A DNA stretch of 62,060 nt, filler included, from Sphacelaria rigidula (lineage: Eukaryota), in NCBI GenBank assembly GCA_964200075.2. It is 11 parts of 11 records of this genome, joined end to end, with 100 filler letters (N's around TTAATTAATTAA, not from the genome) between each part and the next. Parts side by side here need not be neighbours in the genome. Positions count along the whole stretch, not along the records: positions 45,209 to 50,759 come from CAXNAA020026402.1; positions 50,860 to 56,410 come from CAXNAA020026403.1; positions 56,511 to 62,060 come from CAXNAA020026404.1; 8 more parts are not named here. The stretch is one strand, 5' to 3'. A model generated the notes under the pieces. The model searched no databases. It was given only the letters and a program-made list of their open reading frames with translations, and was not told the origin of the DNA. Of this stretch, positions 48,514 to 61,547 are shown piece by piece. Positions within the stretch are counted from its first letter, which is position 1. Each line of letters opens with the position of its first letter. The position numbers and the translations under genes were made by a program.

Positions 48514-50634
48514 CGGTATTTACAACTCGACTGCCCAGTCCCTTTTCCATCCACACTTGTGGCTCCCGTTGGCACACTGCCACCACCACCAGATAGTTTT
48601 GACGTGTACGAGTTAGCGCGTAAAGGCGCCCTTTTCACTACGGATGAAGGTGTGCAACTACTCGTGCGACGGCCCACGCCTTTGACAGGCGCAATTGCCG
48701 CCTCAACCACAGGACGCACCGCACGACTACTCAATGACGAACCAACGCGCACACATGTGCCATTATTAATGCGCCCCTGGGTCATGAAAGGCTGCCACAC
48801 AGACTTGTCATGTCACCTTGGCGTCACCCGCACCCTCGCGCTCTTGGAACGCTTCTACTGGTGGGTTGGAATGGAAATCTCAACCCGCTCCTGGATTCGG
48901 CGATGCTTCAAATGCCAAGCCCGAAAAACTTCACGACAGACAGTACGCTGGCCCGTCATCTCTATGGAACTCCCCGACGAGCCCGGCCACCTCATGTCCT
49001 TTGACTTCTTTGGTCCTCTACCGACCACAGGTCGCAGCAACACCTATATTTTACTTTTCACTGACCGCTTTAGCCGCCACGCGTCCATGTACGCGGTAAC
49101 CGCCGCAGATTTCACTGCCGCCGGAACATTCAGCATACTGGTCCACGATTACATCAAGCACTACGCTTGCCCAAAGCGACTACTTCTACACAATGGTCAT
49201 CAATTTTGCTCAGACCTCTCTGATGAGCTTTACAAGCTCTCGGGCATCCGCAAGATTGCCACGAGCGCCTACCACCCGAACGGTAACGGTGGTACCGATG
49301 CGTTAATCACACCATGGCCCAGATGCTCTCTATGGTTGTCAGTGACCACCAAAATGACTGGGACTGGCATCTCTCGCAAATCATGTTGTCTCACAACAAC
49401 TCGGTTAATCCCGCCACAGGCCTTTCTCCGAACGAACTCCATCTTAGACATTACCCTTGGCTGCCTATCACCGTGTTTGAGCGCCACACGTTTGACGGCC
49501 ACCAAGGATTGGATCAGGACCAGATATCCTACCACGAGCTAGCGTAGGCGCGACAACGCAAAGCGATTACCCTCGTGCGCGAACAACACGCTATCAACGC
49601 CTCGCGCCTAGAGAGATCTAACACTGCTCTCTACAACCTCATGCACAAACGCGCTAACTGGAAAGTTGGCGATTGGGTTTGGATCTACAACAGTTTGTCG
49701 ACCATCCGCCAAGACACCAGCACGGCAGCCAACGAAACAATTTTGAAGACAAAATTGTCCCTCAATTGGACAGGACCATTCAAGATCCTGACCGTCGGAT
49801 CATCGTCGTCATCACCGGATGACAAACCCGTTCGTAACAAACTGCTCTATCTCGACTTGCCTCGCGACTTCCAAGGCAAAAACACCGAGCCCCGCGTCTC
49901 CGTGCACAGATGCAAACCCTGCACGAACCCGCATGACATAAGTGACATACCCAAGTACCTGCCTGCCGGACTCACACAGTATGTTCTCAACAGCTACTCG
50001 ACCAAGTCCCCCCCCTACCACGTTACAACCGACGACGTGACGGAACAGCCCCTTCGATTGACCGTGTCCTCCATTTCCGACCACCAGATAACCCGTGGTC
50101 GAGGAGGCAAGATCGCTGTCATGTATAAGACACACTGGCACGGTCTTCGGACAGCGTCTTGGAAACGCAAATCCGACCTGCAATTGCACCGCCGTGCAAT
50201 CCTCCTTTACTGGACACAATCCCAACATCAGCATCTGGCTCACAACAAGGGATATCGCAACATGCGCCGTGGCGCAGCAGCCCGCGAACTTCACCGCAAT
50301 CAGGGACTACGCTTCGTCGCCAATGGTTACGAACTCGTACCCACCAAGGCTTGTAAGACGAAGTTCTTCGCGAACCAGCGACTCCTGCCCAAAGGCAGCG
50401 ACGCTTGGTTCAAAGGCAGCGACAACCTCTGGTGGGTTGGGTCAGACCCACTCCGCTAACCTGGTTTCGGCCGACACATACATCGTGTGCTTCATCGATG
50501 ACCCTGGACCCATACAGCTCACGCTTCGGCCAGCACTATACACCACCAGCCCATCTGCACCACGCGGACCCTGGTGTCTCCAGCGCCTCAAGTGCAAATG
50601 ACTTCGCCGCGGTCTCCAGCGCAACATCGACCAC
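48514..50634 (+). mobile_element. Ty3/gypsy integrase pseudogene with GPY/F motif, chromodomain and Tudor-like C-terminal domain
   Basis: H..HLG..FYWW..C..C zinc finger; SFDFFGP..LLFTDRFSR; TSAYHPNGNG; WTGPFKIL; ISDHQ..YKTHWHG..SWK..DL; disabled by frameshifts (~49298, ~50436) and stops (49545, 50599). Confidence 0.95.
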
Positions 50635-53456
50635 ACCCACGACGTCCGCGCCCCGCTTTGAACCACGCTTCTTTGTCGCGACTGTTGCCCCACCCCATTT
50701 TTTCCCGTGAGCATTGTCTGCCCTCCCTCATCTACCAGGACCCTCTTCTACGACACCACNNNNNNNNNNNNNNNNNNNNNNNNNNNNNNNNNNNNNNNNN
50801 NNNTTAATTAATTAANNNNNNNNNNNNNNNNNNNNNNNNNNNNNNNNNNNNNNNNNNNNGGAGGGAGCGCAGACGAGGTGCGCAGGGTCGAACCAGGGGA
50901 TTCAGTCGATGGAGGCGGGGAGGAAGAGAAAAGGGGAAACAACGGGAGAGGAGATGACACGTCACGTGTGCCCTGGTTTATCAGTGGTGACCGTCTTGTA
51001 CTGCTTTGACACGCGTATGGTGTGGCCAGGTCGGACGATTATTCTCGGAGCCGTATGCATCTGCGAGTACGCAGAATACCCGTACCCAAGATGCATATAG
51101 TGCAGAAGATGACGATGAGGATTACGAGGAATACGAAGATGACGAAGAATTCGATGAGGAAGGAGAGGAGGAGGATGACGATGGTATGTGCGAGGCATAA
51201 CATGTACGATAATCAATCAATCAACGTCGGCAAGACAAGCCGGAACATTAGCTCATCACTGGAGTTGCTGGTTAGCCTTGGATATTGCACGCTGGAGGCG
51301 TTTTGTTCACGTTTTTTTTTCTCAGGTTTTTATTTTTATTTTTGGGGGTTACCGTGACTGAAAGGGTCGACGTGTTCCGTGCCCCCCCATCCCCGACCCC
51401 ATCACCGTGACGTGGATGGCGCTCGATAGCGTCAATGATGTTCACTTTGGAATAATCGTTCGTACTCCTTTTTTTTTTCGTATCACGCCTGTGTGAATTG
51501 TTTCTGGGTCCGATTTTATGTTGATGATTTCATTTCACCCTCGCTTGGGGTAGTTAGCCTGTGACCACGGAAGGCGTCCGCATCAGATGCCCAGTACACA
51601 GTACTGCGCAGATATCAGAACTCTTTTTGAATGTAAAGACAACAACAACCTTTGTGCGGGTTGTGCTTCTACAGCAAGGCATGAAGACTGGACCTTCAGC
51701 TTTGATAATGCCGGCGCTATGTCGTCATATGAACCGGTAGTTTGTATTGACGAGAAAGGATGTGTTTGCACTTTCATAAGTCAAGCAGAACAATCTCTTT
51801 TGTGTTGAAATCCAGGGGGGTATATGCTCCCGCGCTGACTATGCTTCCGTTTGGTAGTCACCTGTTCAAAGTTGCGACGGACAAAATTAGGCAACGTGGA
51901 TCGTTCATGATCGGAAGGCATATGTGGTGGAAATTGTGACGGGAACCAGGATTGTCATGTCATCCTCCACTTGTGTTCTTTTTCATCTCCAGCATATTTT
52001 TTTTCCCATCGTTTCATTGTATTCTATTTTATTTGCCTTGTACTTTCCTCTTGTTTTACTTTTTCTTGTTTCAGGTCTGCGGTTTCTTTCTGTGCTTTGC
52101 TTGTGTTGACTTTTTATTACTTTTTTTTGTCACGACTTAATCTGCTATGTCGTTCTGTTTGTCCCCTCTTTTTTTTTTTTTCCTTAGAGCGTGTTTCAGT
52201 TTATCTTTCGTTGAGTGCGTCTATCATGAGTCCACGGCTGGACCCCTGGGGAGTCAGTTAAAGTGCGACAATCAATCAAAATCATCAAGTATCAAGGATC
52301 AGGACCGGCCCACCGGTAGAATTATTCATGCGGGTGTGGTCGGAAGCTGAGGTGAAGCGTTTCGGATTGGGGTGAGGAATGGTGCACAGATGGGACAGCT
52401 CATGAGCTAACTAAAATATGTAGTCGAAGAGGTCTCTACTAATAGTATCACTTGTCCAAAAACACAAAATACGTGACAGCAGGGTTCGAGAAGTCAAATG
52501 AAACGCTACTGTACCTTTGCGGTACTCCCTCGTGCCGGGCGTTCAGTGCTGTAGGGGGCAAGCATGGAAAAAGGTGGCCAAAACAGCTAGCGTACAATCC
52601 GGATCAGTACACTAATGAGAATGATGCTTAGAAATCGGGCTGGTCCATTACCCCCTAAACTATTTTCTCTCCGCGTATAGGGTGTTTATATACGGGGGGG
52701 CGGGAGACATCAGGAGCTACCATGGGCACATGCTCGTAATTCTTCACGAGCGGGTCGGCTCTGTGCTGTTTTAGGACTAGGGATTAGGATTAGATTTGAT
52801 GGAATGATCCGCACATGAAGTGGTCATTATTCACAAAAAGAATTCAGCCGCGGTCATCAGATAGATGTACTCGAGGTATAAGCATAACGGAAACAGTCGG
52901 TAGCGAAGGGAAACTCGAGGAAGGGAGAATACAAGTAAAAAAAATAGTAATGGAGTCAACTGAACAAAAACCAAAGGTGAAGAAAACACAACAAAAAGCA
53001 GAAACAGAAGACAAAAAAGGAGATGTAGAAGGAAGGATAAGGGGAACGGGAATACGAGCTCATTTACGCACGTCCCAACCCACCTCCCTCCCTGCGCCCT
53101 GCCCTGTCTACCGTTGTGAAATGGATAATGACCAAAACGAAAGTAACGGAGGAATCTGATGACCGCTGGTCATGGTGATCACAGTGAAAATACGGACCGT
53201 AACGTGGTAACGTACAAAATTTTTACTTTCCCGAGTTGCTCGCAATATCACCCCGAACTTTCATTCCTCCCCTCCTTGCCGTGGCATTCGAAAATGACAT
53301 CCACTCTCTACAGAGGCAGATAATGACAGCAGAGATGCAAATGTGTGTATATGCCGATAATGTTCATACTGATATACATGGGCGCGTCTAGGGATCACGC
53401 TCATGTCGAGTTGCATTCCCGCCTCTGCCCGCCTCCTGCTACGCCACTTTTGACAA

Positions 53457-54079
53457 TGGAAAATGGCAATGCAGAAGACGATGAAGAGGAGTACGAGGAG
53501 TATAGCGCTGCTGAACTAGAGGCACTATACCGCAAAGAATTTCCCGAAGAAATCCCTCCGTTCAACCTACGTATGCCAGAGGAGTACAACGAGGAGTTGG
53601 AAAATGACACCGTAGAAATGGAGTATGGCGATAAAATGGAGGAGGAAGAGGAGGAAGAGGAGGAAGAGGAAGAGGAGGAAGACGAGGACGAGGACGAGGA
53701 CGAGGAGAGGGAGTATAGTGATGCTGAACTAGAGGAGCTATACTACCAAGAATTTCCCGAGGAACGGACGCAGGTTGCGTACGCCGGGTACCATGAGTGG
53801 GACGGGAAACCATTCGATGATGGTGGAGATCCCTTGTTTTACCTGAAGAAACTGGAGGCATATGTCACTGGTGTCGAGGACATTACAAAGCCTGCCCCTA
53901 TCCGAGGGCCTTGGGAAACGACGTCCTTTCCCGAGAAGGAGGAATTTGACTACTACAACTTCCAGCAGTCTTCGTTCTGTGTGGATCACTGTATCGAGAT
54001 GGGAGATGTCGACGAAAAGGTGAGGGCTGAAGGGAATTCCATCACCCGCTTTGTCTTGCAGAGCTCGCCTCCCGCCAAG
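53457..54079 (+). CDS. Unidentified acidic protein, exon with a duplicated EYSxAELExLYxxEFPEE motif (start uncertain)
   Basis: Long open frame with an internal repeat and a poly-E/D tract; AAG|GTAAAC donor. Confidence 0.65.
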
Positions 54080-54957
54080 GTAAACCGCTTGTTTGAGTGA
54101 ATCGGATAGTTGAGTGGACGTTCAGACTCTGCAATTTGCAGCATGTTCATATTCGCGTCCATCGGTGAATCCGGGCGAGCGGCCCGGCGGCCGGTGGATT
54201 GTTGCTCAGGTTGTAAGGGCGTTTGCTTTAGGACGGCAACTGAGGCCAAGTTATTCCGGCCATCTCTTTGTTTGTTCTTCAGTTGTCTTTAAATTTGAGC
54301 CTAAGGTTTTTTGTGAGCCTGTTTAACCGATGAGGGGGCGGGAGTGTGACAGTGTCGACTTGGCTGTCCTGGCATTTATCTACAATAAAGTTAATCGACA
54401 CAAAGGTCATGTCTCGCTCATGGCACCTAAGCTGCACGCAGCGTTGTGTGAGGAGTATGACATGTAGCACGTGCGGTAGTAGTAGTGGCGGTAGTAGCAG
54501 TAGTAATAGTCGCAGCAGCAGCAGCAGCAGTAGCAGTTAGGTGAGGGTTCGGAGACCATGTTCCTATCTCAGCATCAACATCTTGGAAGTACAATGTGCA
54601 GCGCATGCAGTAGATGGTAGTAGTAGTAGTAGTAGTAGTAGCTCCACCATGATTCTGTTTCTCTGCTGACCCTCCGTCTTCATTTTATGCTACCTGTGCG
54701 CTTATTTACGGCTGTTTACAACGCCACACTGTGTTGTTCTCCGCCCCTGCTCGTTGTTTCGAAAATTGTGTTTGGGTTTATTTTCATGTCTGAAAGCGAG
54801 TACGGCTCGAGGGCTGTGCGGGTTATGACAAGCTCTGTTCGCTGCCCATTCTGGGTGCATGTGCATTTTATGCCCATTCTCCGAACTATGCTGACATTCA
54901 CCTCCATGCTTGTTGTTGTCGTCGTTGTTGTTATCGTAATTTTCTCCTGATTGGCAG

Positions 54958-55044
54958 AAAAAAGAGATAATCCAGCCAGCCCTGAAAGTTTTGGGGGATA
55001 TCGCCGACCTCATCGACACTACCGACGACGTGTTTTCTTTTAAG
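54958..55044 (+). CDS. Next exon of the acidic protein
   Basis: TTTTCTCCTGATTGGCAG acceptor, AAG|GTGAGT donor, 87 bp phase 0/0: KKEIIQPALKVLGDIADLIDTTDDVFSFK. Confidence 0.7.
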
Positions 55045-58000
55045 GTGAGTTAGCCTCTCGTTATTCAGCGCTGGGCTCTTCAAGAACGCGGTTTTTGACG
55101 AAACGTTTAGATTTTCCTCGGTGACACTCGTAACCCTTTTGGAACTTCAAGTATGCACGTAAACTGACGTTATTTTTTCTTCTTTCTGTTCCAAGTATGA
55201 TCGATACAGTATCTTTTATCAGACACATTCGCTCAAACTGTGATAACGTCAGACCTGCACACCCTTGGAAGCTTCGGAAATGGTACACGGGGTTGGTCAC
55301 ATGGCTGTATCTTGCGCATGCACATTAGCACGAACCGTCAGCATAGACGGCTGCTGCCGCTGCTGCACATCACGAAACACGAAACAGTCAGTTGTACCCC
55401 ACACAGCCCAGGACCGTTCTCCAAGCGTAGAACAACATACATAATCAGTAACCGTACCGCGTTGCACACAGTGCACAGCTGCCGCAATGACTAACGTACA
55501 ACAGAAGTGGCGCACTTGTACTGACTGTGGTGGTGTTGGTGGTGGTGACGGCTGTACTGGTGCAGCCATGAGCCATGAGCTGCAGCTAATTTACGATTTT
55601 ACCTTGACGTGCCCTTCCGTTGGTTTAATATCTACTCGCTCACTTCAATTCGCCGTGCCGTCGACGGCTACTCCATCTTCGCACAGACCCTTGCACAAAA
55701 CGATATAACCCAAACAGCATGTGCGTGTGCGTGCCTAGGAAATATGCGTGGCTTGGCAATAATCTACCCGCGATCAAAGCCCAGCATTACCTTCAGCAAG
55801 CCGGGGGTGATTTTCAGAGCTCCGCATAGCTCGCAGCAGGAGCAAGCGCTTTGCTTTTGATGACCGAAGCAAACCTGCATGCCCCATCTAGACTGAAACT
55901 GGCTGTTGCGTGCTTCAAGTGGAGAAAGAGCGTGACACAGCCCCGCCTCCTGCCTTACTTGGGTGTGTGGCGAAAAAGCCGCAACGTATACCCACAAAGG
56001 GGCGTGCGTGGGGCGGGCTCCAAGCGCGGAGAGCGGGGTGCTTGTCTGCCTACATGGTCATCGTTATCATCAATAGTGTGTACAGTGGTAGTACAGTGTA
56101 GTCAGTACACCATGCGACATTGAAATTTGGCATGCTCTTATATATTTATGCCCATGGGTACAACCGTGTTCTTGAGGATAGTATAGTCGGGTTTGTTCAA
56201 AATATGAAACGAAAACGAAGTTGGAGAAGAGGGAAAAAACGGGATTCTATTCCTTCACCTAAGTTGGGTTAAAATATACCCTACAGTGGCCTGTTTCGAG
56301 AATATTTTCGAGGGTCGGACAAATAATGATTCGTCTGGAAATTACGTGGTTTTAGTATGATTGATTCGACTCGTACGAATCAATCCCTAGGCTTTGTTAT
56401 CAGCGCTGCANNNNNNNNNNNNNNNNNNNNNNNNNNNNNNNNNNNNNNNNNNNNTTAATTAATTAANNNNNNNNNNNNNNNNNNNNNNNNNNNNNNNNNN
56501 NNNNNNNNNNCTACTGTGCCGACAATATATTAGGTCAAGTACACCACGTGCTCAAATGTTCGCCGGGAGGAAAGTGCCGGCGATTGTGCCACGTATGATG
56601 GCATTGATGGGACGTGTGATATGATGTGACTGCAGGACGTAGCCATGATCTTGGGCAAAAGTGACATTGAATGATGTGACATTTTCATGCTCAATTAGCG
56701 GAGAATTCGCTACCCCTCGAGGTTGACGTTCTACGGAGAGCATGTATTTGAATTCGAAAAAAAAAGGTAGTGACCCAACCATGGCATGAGTTCACGAGCA
56801 CGCATTTTGGCATTGTGTATGACCTTAGATATGTTGATTTAGGGGGCGGCGAAGCGCGTTCAAAACAGTAGCCCTACGCTCACTCTCTCTTCTCTTTCGG
56901 GTTTTGGCTGCGATTCACCAGTTTTCCATTGGAGTATCTACAGACTTCGAGAAAGTGAGTCCCAGAGATACGAGCAGTTGTCGGGCTGCTGTTTTGTCTG
57001 GTGTATTATATTTATTAAAGCTTAGGCCTGTCTCGGTTGTCTTGTAGTTGTGTGCTATAACTGAGCTGTTCTGGTCTGTATTATTTGCTCGTTGTCTCCT
57101 TTGTGAAACGACTGTGGTCAGCCTGCGCTGCAGAACTGAGTGACGAAACAACGTACGCAGAGGTCTGAACCTGGAACAATATCGGAGTGAACACCATTGT
57201 AACCCCCACAAGGTGCTTTCACCCCTTTCACATCACAGTTGGAGCTCCCGCACTGCCTCTGCTGTACTCTTTAGTTGCGTTGTGTTCAGACTATCGACCT
57301 GCCGTGTACACTACACCACCAGTGTGCCTTGCATGCGCGTCTCTTTTGTTTGTTGATCGTCTAGCCGTCTGTAGTTGTTGCTCTGTCCTTTATCCCTAGC
57401 ACGATGAGTTCAAGGGCCTCTGATACACTAGACGCTCGCACCTTGCGCCGCCTCCGACGCGAACGTACGCGAGCAATAGCACTCGCCCCCCCACCATCCT
57501 CACCTTCTCGTCCCAGCTGCCTATATGTAGCAACTGCCCCAGTACTGCTACCCATCTACTCTGTCGCGGATGCGAGTCACCAGGTAGAGTCCAATTTATA
57601 CCGTGACTCCCCTGCCCCATCACATTTTTTCTCACATGAGCTGCCCGTAAATCATCAGATACCAACTCTTTTTTACCACCACCGGCACTGTCTCAGCGTG
57701 CACCCTTTCGCTACACCCACCCCGCCGCATGCGCCGCCGGCCTTTTATTCTTCAGTACCTAATGTTGACCGTCTCTTGCTGTCTCAAAATATGCTCACCG
57801 TGCAGCACTTTTTTTTTGTGCCCAGCCTGGGTGTTGACTGTACATCATCCGACCCCACCCTGTACTATGTATGAGAACCCAACATCCATGATAACACTTC
57901 CGTACCACCCTCTTCCCAAGGTCCTGTGTTCATCCAGTACATTTCGTGGACTCCGGTCTGGACATCTCGTCCACACACTCTCTCTTATACCTGTTTAGAT

Positions 58001-58164
58001 CGCCCCTCCCTGTCTTTAACGGGGGGCTGGCCGACCTCCATCACGCCCACAGCCTCCTACACTAGATTATTTGCCTCTTCCGATTCCAATGCACAGCCCG
58101 GTCACTCATTACCCTCCTTCTTTTTACACTGACTGTGACGCGCACCCGCGCAGGTACACAAGCC

Positions 58165-61100
58165 ATGTCTAGTTCCCCGGCTTCGCTAGAGCTACGTGCC
58201 GATGAAGAAGGCACAACCTCTTCCGAATCCGGTGAACCACTGCTTGCGTCGGATACCATCTTGCATGATTCAGTTATTGAAAGTGTAGAGGGTGATGATG
58301 ACGCCCAATCTCAGTCGGGAGGAATTCCCCTCTCTACGGTGCCCGACGTACAGCCGGGCCTTGATTTCCCACTGTATGCAGCCACCGCTTACACTTTTCC
58401 CAGTGACACTAGACACGTCGACTCTACTGCTAGTGGTGACCATTCGATTCGTGATCATTCCCCTGCTGAGCCCTACGCTTCTGACGTCGTAGCCTCGACG
58501 AGTGGTCGTGCGTCGGAAAAAACCCCGTTTACGCGCCTACCCAAGAAGGCACGCGACAAAGCTAAGACCCAGTTCAAACATAGCCGTCCCGCTGCTATTC
58601 CAGCCGACGCGTGGGACAAATTTTCCCGCGAGGAACAAGCCGCGTACTGGGACGACTTGTTGGCCCAGACAGTACAAGCGCAAGTAGAACGTAAGAACCG
58701 TGAAGCTTTCGAGCGCGCTCAAGAAATCCTGCGCGTCCGTCGTGAGGTCGAAGCCAAACGCAAAGCCTTGGCGGAGGGACAGAACAAGGAAGCCCGCCTC
58801 CTCCGGCAAACCGCCAAGACTTTGCAGGCGGCTGAAGCCCAATATGAACAAGCTTTACAACAACACAAGACGACGGCCCAACAATCTACCTATCGCATAT
58901 CCGTCACTAAATCCTCACTCGATGAGCAAATGAAACAGTTACGTCTGCTCACCCGCGATCCTATCGAAATTGAATCCGATTCTGATCACTCGTCCACTGG
59001 TTCACCTGCACTTTCCAACGCCACTCCGAATGTCGCCCCTCTCGCAACGGGACTCCCTCCCATGCCACCTAAGACGATCACCCCCGGCGTTTCAACCACG
59101 CTTGGTGTGCCCCCCCAAGTTCCCCGTGGCAAAACGCCCCCTACATTTGCCCCCACAGCGAACCAATCACTCTCCACTACACCCACTCCCCCAATCCTGG
59201 TGCCTAAGGCCAGTCGTTCCGACGGGCTTGACCTTTCTGGTGTAGAAACTTTGGCAGCTGTTCCCCTCTACGATTTTGTCCACGACCCTGACGCCCTCCT
59301 TACCTACGCGTGTCAGGCACAGCGTCTCACTGTTCCAGTCACTGACAATTCAATCAAGATCCTCAATTGGTTTCCGAAACACACCGAGACCGTAACGTTA
59401 GCAGGCGTCGTTCAATGCATCCGTTCCAACCCACGTTCCGAAATTAGTCTCGCGTTACGGCATGAGTGCGTCGGGTCCCTCATCGGGCTATTCACGGAAA
59501 TTGAGCAGGTACGCATGACAGTACACGGCCCTGCTGATGGTACGGACCGTTCATACCCTACTACCACTAGTCACCTTCAGACAGGTCACGTAAGGCACAA
59601 TTCAATGGACAGTGGCGGCAGTTGGACTGTCCAAGGGAAAGGGAAAAACCGTCTCAAGGATAGTGGTAAATCTCACATTTCGCAGCAGTCACGATCTCGC
59701 CGCCACCGTCGCCCTTCATTCGACAGTGAGTCGGACAGCACTGACGGATCTCATAATGACACAAGTGCCACCGCCTCACGTCCGACGCCCCCCACTTTGA
59801 GCGATTTCCTTCCGCTATCATCCACCGTCGCCAAACAGCGTCACTCTCAGATCAAAGACAAATAAACGAAGGATGCCACCAAACCTGCTAACCGCCGCGT
59901 ACAGTTTGCCCCCTCGGCTCCCATCCCTCAATCCAGTGAACCTTCCCCCTCTTCCACGGACCGACAGGCACACATTCAGGCCGTACGCCACCAGTACAAG
60001 AACTTGGACCCGAAATTTGTAGGCAAAGTCAAGCCTTCACTACCCTTTCCTGCCGGATGTGATGTAAGCCTTTCCTGCAGCCAGTTACGACAATCCCTCA
60101 CTACTGTAGTTACTGATATCCTCTCACACTGCGACGACACATTCGTCGACCTTGAGACCAGTGATTGGGTAGATGGCTGGCTTCGACCTTTACAAAAGAC
60201 TTTGGAGGATGCCATCGATTTCAGCTCTCCCGAGGCATCTAAATTGTCCAATATGCTTGACCACCACTTCGCACAAGCCGCACGCTCCCTCACTCTCGGT
60301 AATGGCGGTTACACCGCTTTCACTCTCCTCCTCAGACTCATCAGTTCATCCCTGGACACCACCCACGAAGGCGAGCCACTCGAACGCCTACTATCGTTTA
60401 AGGTACCCGTCGACACCCCTTTTGACCACTACCTCAAGGAATTTCGTATTTTAATTTCGGTTACGGTAAACTGTGGCAGTGAACCTGTACCATCACAAGA
60501 AATGGTAATGAGTCTTTTCCGTTCCAATATGGGACGCCAATACCCTAGCCTCATGCCAACCGTCTTTGTCGGTACCGCAGCGACTTCACCGGTCCCGGTT
60601 CCAACCATGGACGCCATGTGGACGAAATTAGATGAACTCCGGTCCAACCGCACTCCGGCATTAGATGTGACGGACGCAAAACAGAGTGGCTCCTCCGCAA
60701 CCCACAAGGGCCCTTCTGTACGGCACAGCCACCATGCTTCCGCCACCCTTTTGCCTCACCCGGTTGCCGCCCCACCTGCGTCTCACTCCCAACCACCACC
60801 TTCTAAAACAAACTAACGCCCATGGATTCCTGCATCTATGGCCTCTACTGGAGAGGTCATGTTATGTCTACATCTACTGGAGAGGTCATGTTCGCACACC
60901 CCCCCGACGCATTCAACAGTCGTTTTCCAAGCTGGCCCTTCGCGACGGAAATTTGGACGGAAGTGTTTCAGGTAAGCACTTCGATGAACACAACAGATCC
61001 ACCCCTCTGGGCCAGTACCGAAGACCCTAACCTTCGATCAGATGTAATTCGCCGCTGCAAAGATCACTGCCTAAACTGTGGCATTTGGTTCAATCCTCAA

Positions 61101-61547
61101 ACGGGGTCCTCCGCAGATGGTCAAGTTCCCACGCACTCGATGCGCCAAAGCGAAACCCCGTTCACAAACGCATTTGGCGTACTCAACCCCATGTTCTCCG
61201 AGCCCCAGTTTGCGCACTTTTGGCCAACTTGGCAAGCACGCATGCGGTCTTACCGTCGCCCTCAACCCAGGGGCGCCCGGAATTCATACCACCGCCCCCG
61301 GTGCGGCAATCGCCACCACAATGGTGACACTCGTGCCCACCCTCAATGCCAACATTCCTATTATCACGCACAGCCCGCTAACGCGGCCCCCTCTCACGTA
61401 GCCCCCGCCCATTCTGGCGCGTTTCAACCGCCACACCAGACTCAACACTCAAGTACTCCTAGCCCCCCCACAAACACATCTACTACCCCGAACACATCCC
61501 GTCAGAACGGGACCCACAACTCCACCGATACCCAACGTATCACCTGA
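58165..61547 (+). mobile_element. Very long Gag-like ORF (~1100 aa when repaired) of a probable Ty3/gypsy element: coiled coil, capsid-like helical region, atypical zinc knuckle
   Basis: Three tracked ORFs join into one by reading through TAA at 59863 and 60814 and removing a 29-bp tandem duplication (60844-60892); LLSFKV..TPFDHYLKEFRIL resembles the Gag major homology region; CLNCG...H knuckle remnant; intronless. Confidence 0.7.

Noticed and set aside
5552..56510. TTAATTAATTAA recurring every 5651 bp as a biological periodic motif
   Set aside because: It is embedded in N runs and is an assembly linker.
59863..59865. Programmed stop-codon read-through in the Gag-like ORF
   Set aside because: The same copy has a second stop and a frameshifting duplication, so decay is the simpler explanation.
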